NCBI RefSeq assembly: GCF_018977255.1
Contig: NW_024704752.1
Coordinates: forward strand, 9,610,001-9,674,000
Reading direction: 5' to 3'
From: Callorhinchus milii
Lineage: Eukaryota
Length of the DNA stretch: 64,000 bases
Made by a program: the position numbers and the translations under genes. Of this stretch, positions 59,158 through 64,000 are shown one piece after another. The notes beneath the pieces are model-generated. The model ran no database searches. It was not told where the DNA came from and saw only the letters and a program-made list of their open reading frames with translations. The stretch's first letter is position 1. Each line of letters opens with the position of its first letter.

Positions 59158-61609
59158 GGTCTAAAAACTGAGCTCACGGACTGCTGCCTCTACGCATTTG
59201 TCGGAATGCCATGTCTACTCCGGGATCCTTAATTTAAAGCTTGCCCCCTGGCTTTTGGCAGTGCTGCAGTGGTGAATATTAATTTCTCACTTTACATCTT
59301 ACGTTCACTCCTTGCATCTCAGAAGGACTGTTGTATCTTTATTGTACTTGTCGGGCAGAACAAAAATGTTCCCAGCTAGTTTATGAGAAGAACCAGGAGT
59401 TTCTCGTCAGCACTCTGCTAGCAGCTTCTCTGAATTTCTCTGCTCTCGACATTTCCCATTAAGACATGCAGGTTTCTAATTAAATATACTGCACGCTGCT
59501 GCAGGCTCTGCGATTCCTCTTACCTCGGTCAGTCTGGCACTTTTCAAACATTCTCCAGAATGGTTATCGTAAATCCAGTCATCAGTCAGCAAAATGAGTA
59601 GGTGTTTGCGTTGCTGTGTCAGGAAATCATCTTGGCTGCTGCTTCTTTTTCTCTCTCTCTCCCCAGCTTGACAGACTTTGAGCCAATTGGTGTGCTGCTG
59701 TCCAGTTGCTCCTGCTGTCTCTGCTCTTTCTGGCTGCATTACATCTCTGTTACTCACTGCTTGCTGTTGGACACTTCTCTCTTCTGTTCACTGCCCTTTT
59801 ATGCCTCAATTGTGTAGAGTACTGTCACATCAGAGTTCTGTGACTTCATTCTCCTTCTGATTCCCTCTCACAGCCTGTAGCGCTGGGTTTATCCCTGTGC
59901 TGGACAATGCGGAGATCTCTCACACTACTGGTTTCCTCTAATGCAGAGTGCTGCTATTTGCAATGTTGCTCTCAGGGCACTATCAGCCTCGAATGCAAGA
60001 AAACGAATGTATGTTTTTACTATTGGAAAAAAGCCAGTGGGCTGAAAGGTAATCTCCTGAATGACTGGAGCAGAAATTGAATGTCCTCCTTTATGGACAA
60101 ATCTATACTCCAAATTTTGTACTGTGAAAGAGCATTCTCAATTTTATCATTGTATCTTGTTTTCCCCGATAAATTAAACCTAACTCCTGTCTTACCACGT
60201 CCTCTTCCTTGCACTGCTGCGTCTTACTTAACCCTTTACTTCTGAGGCATCAAAGCTTTAAAACTGGAAGCAATTAACTGCCTTTGCTCTGGTTTGTAGG
60301 GAAAGGGTTAATTGACATGAGAATTTAAACTGGTCTGTCCATTGTTTACTCTCTTTCATAGAGCTTGTGAAAACCATATGGCATAAATGCTTTTGATTCT
60401 GTAAGAATGTCAGCCGGATAAACTCCTGCGGGTCTGTGCTGTATAAGTACCAGAAGGATGAAGCAAGACCCTTAATAGAGTCATCATTGCAGATTTACTT
60501 AGCTGTCAAATTCAATAAATCGTTCATTGTGGCATTATTGTATATCTTGTTGAGTGGACAGATGATCCCGGATGCTTAGATTCAGAGATTCATCACGTGT
60601 TGGAATTTCCGACATAAAGACAGTTTGCCGTTTCTCCTGAGGCACTGGCTTTTGCTGGGCATTCAGCCATCTGCTAGCAATGGGGTGCTACAGTGATCCC
60701 CAGTTTGGGGAGATTCTTGCTTTCAGATTTTATAGATCTGGGGTGAGGACAGTCTTGTGTTCCTGGTGCTTATAACCTTGAAAATTCCTTGTGGTGCAAC
60801 ATGTTGCTGTGAGGTGAGGGACAGGCTTAGCTATGATTACATTGTAATAGACAGCCTGTTCCCATTTACCATCTGCGATCATCGATAACCTCTGTTAGTC
60901 ATGGATTGATAGCCCAGCACAAAGAAAAAACACTTGTCGAAGGGACCACCTTTTATATAATATATATTATATATGAAATCCTTCAAAAATCCATGCACTG
61001 AATAATTGACATCCTCAATCTCAAGCCAGTAATGAAACCAATGTGGTTGGCTTTCAGAAATGTTCAGCTTTTCTTATCATCATGGAAGGAGATGGAGTGA
61101 GACCAGTGCTGCAGAAATGGGAATAGGAGCGTTAATGAATGTTTGAACATTACCAGAACAGTTAAGCCAAATGAACGAAGCATCAAGGTTTTCCTGTGCT
61201 GCTGTGATAGTGAATGGAAGTCTAGTTTGGTGCCTTGTTGAACCTGGAGCAGTATAGTTATTCTCCTATAAATAATTCCTGGTCCTTTTTTTTAAACTGC
61301 TCACTAGGGACATTACATTCAATTTTAAGCTGTGATAAGGAAAGGTAGTTTGGCTCTTGATTGAAGAGATTGGTATCAGAAGAGCATACAAAATAGAATT
61401 CAGAAATGTTACTAACACTTGCATATGTGATATTTCTCCCTCCCCCTCTTGTTCTGTAAATATCAATAATAATAATTTTAGTACTTCAATTCTTGTGGAT
61501 TTACTTTCTGGAAGTTTTAAAAATATCCGGGAATTACAATTTAATGCTCTACATAAGTGTGCAATATCCCTGGATATTTTTTTAAACTTGAAATGCAACT
61601 ATGGTAAAT

Positions 61610-62020
61610 AAAAATCCTTACATTTGGTATAGCGCCTTTCATGTCATAAGGATATCCCAAAGCCCTTCACAGGTATATTGTAAAGTGGGGTAACTGTGTG
61701 TTTTGTGGGCAAATAGGGTAGTCAATTTGCGTACAGCAGTGTCCCGTAAACAGCCAGTGGATGATCATTTTTATTTGGGGCAATTGTTGGCCAGGACACC
61801 AGGAGAAAGTCTTTCTCTCATTCTGAGTAGTACCATAGAATTTTTAATGTTTGTCTTGACATACAGTCAGGACCTCAGATTAACATCTCATCCAAAGGAC
61901 AGCATGTCCAACAATTAGCACAGCCCCAACGCTGCTTTGGAGCAGCAGCTTAGACTGTGTGAATTCCAAGACCCGACGTGCGATTTGATCACAACCTTCT
62001 GACTCAGATCACTCAACACC
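61610..62020 (-). mobile_element. Degenerate Deu-domain SINE
   Basis: Reverse tail ATAGCGCCTTTCATGTC, TTGGCCAGGACACCAGGAG, AACATCTCATCCAAAGGACAGCA and ACAACCTTCTGACTCAGA head. Confidence 0.7.
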
Positions 62021-63226
62021 TGAAAGAGAAAACTAGTTTAATGATCTGGAAGAATCTTACTAAGATTTCTCTAAGATTTGCAGTATTTGGAATGGATGTT
62101 TAGATCTTGGAGCGAATACGACATGCTGACTATGAACATTTTCTTATAATAAGTGAACTTTAATGTGAACTGCCTGTAGCAATTGCACTCCACTGAAATA
62201 ATAATAAATGTACAGTAGTTGAACCCTTAATGCACAATCATTTAATATTTGTCTTGTCATCTGCTATGAAATATAGTTTATAAAAAGCCGCATTTTATAG
62301 AGATTACATGAGACTTTGAGCTCAAAGTCTAGGCTGATGCTCAGTGCTCAACTTTGACATTGAACACTGCAATGTCAAAGTTGTGCTCCAGATGAGATGT
62401 TACAATTTACATTTTTATAGCACCTTTCACAGTGCTTGAACAATAGCACCGTGTGTATTCGCAAGACATTGTGCCTTTACTTACCAAATCATTTTGAGAT
62501 TGCCAGTGATGGCTTGTTTAAAAAATGTTGTTAGCAGCTGAAAATGTGGCTTGAACTTTACTGGTTTGCTAAATTCTGAGTAAACTGAAAAATATGCAGT
62601 GATGAAACATTATACCTGGAAAGTCATTGACCATTATATTTACAAGTTCAAATAGTGTAGCGAGCTTCTCCATTCCGTACTTCCCGTGGAGGAAAATTTC
62701 TAAGATAAAATTGTCTGTGTTTGCATGCGGTAACAACATTGATTCAGCTTCTGTTTTGCTGTGAATTATGGCGTTTCATTTGTGATGCATCTTCCGTTAA
62801 AGGAAGTTTCCAGTTTTAAGCCCTGTAGCAATATAGTGGAGTTAATGTTTGAAGTCTAAGCATATCTTCTTGCTTGATCGGCCAACCTCTGGGTTGTCAG
62901 GTTCCCACTTATGTCCTTTTCTGCTATGTGTATGTGAAGTGACATCAGTGAGAACCTAATATCTTAGAAGTTGACCACTGTGGTGCAAAAGTTGGTAAAC
63001 GCACAGGAGGTGAGTGAGCAGGCCGGCTGCACACATGCAAAGTGAATGGGGTTCATAGTGCAAACACATTATAACCAAATTCACATCATATATGAGTGCA
63101 TTATAGTGGGGGGGGGGGGGGGGCGCATTTTTTTTTCTCTCTCTCTAATGGGAGAAACAATCATAATTCTTCGAGCTTGAGTAGAAGACTAATGCAATAG
63201 AAAATTACATTTGTAAAGCGCCTTTC

Positions 63227-63477
63227 AACAACAACGACAAGATTCCATTTATAGAGCGCCTTTCACATCAGGAGGACGTCCCAAGGCGCTGTACAGTTGG
63301 GTCAGGACCCGAGCAGGGGGGAAACGGTCAGGGTGAGGGGAGGGAAGGGAGGGAGCGAGGAGGGGGTAGAGAGTCGAGAGGGGAGCCGAAGGCACGGTCA
63401 AAGAGAAAGGTCTTGAGACCGGTCTTGAAGGAGGAAAGGGAGGAGGCGGCGAAGGCACTGGGGAATAGAGTTCCAAA
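63227..63477 (-). mobile_element. L2 LINE 3' end with ORF2 C-terminus
   Basis: Minus frame gives SSLSSFKTGLKTFLFDRAFG (L2 ORF2 terminal motif), then the same UTR and tail as 39054-39265. Confidence 0.85.
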
Positions 63478-64000
63478 GCCTACAAAGTTCACGTCAGGAG
63501 GATGTCCCAAGGCGCTGAGAGAAAGGATTGATAGAAAAATGATACAAAAATCATTTTTATTAAGGCAGTGTTGTATAATTAGTGAGCGCTTTAAAAAGAA
63601 AGAATAGAAGGAAAACCGTGGAGTTTGAAGATAAAATGAGTCTTAATTCCCATAAAAAACAGTGTTGCTGTTGTGTGGGCTGACAAGTAGATTATGAATC
63701 TTTTTCTTTCTCCATAAGTGTAGCTCAAGATTGATTCCTCCGCAGGACAAAGCCTTAGTTTGTATTGTAAATGTCAGTTAGAAATTTCATTTTCCCAGAA
63801 GCTTTTTGTGAAAACGATGGAATAAAACCAGCCTTTGATTTTTATGAGCGATGCTGGTCAGGGTAAAACAGTTGCTGCTGTCATTCTTATCTGTAATAAA
63901 AAGATGTCCACTTTGCACACACATGACGGTGCCTTATTTCTCATTCATTTGACCTATTGCCTTGATGCCCTAATTACCACCAGTGGTGCCTACGTTCAGC

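Overview
Vertebrate nuclear DNA, most likely a cartilaginous fish. The dominant tRNA-Ala-headed Deu-type SINE with an L2-like tail resembles, from memory, the elephant-shark/chimaera SINE; this taxon call is inference. Five spliced protein genes were rebuilt by hand from splice sites and reading frame. IQCG/DRC9 (minus strand, runs off the left edge) has a large in-frame 42-bp VNTR in its first coding exon. It lies head-to-head with RPL35A (plus, complete). These are followed by a C2orf72 homologue (plus, 3 exons) and PSMD1 (plus, exons 1-16, running off the right edge inside intron 16). HTR2B (minus, complete CDS) is nested in PSMD1 intron 16. The ORF track does not show several features. Three copies of the H/ACA snoRNA SNORA63/E3 sit one per intron in RPL35A introns 2-4, whereas the human host is EIF4A2. 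A palindromic repeat carries a Penelope-type minimal hammerhead-like motif (2 copies). Several short local duplications sit about 500-600 bp from their templates, one creating a stop-containing copy of an IQCG exon inside a SINE. There is a pair of ARE motifs in PSMD1 intron 1. HTR2B has a GC-AG intron and a possible in-frame upstream exon. Most other listed ORFs are repeat or low-complexity artefacts. All homology calls come from recall, not database searches.
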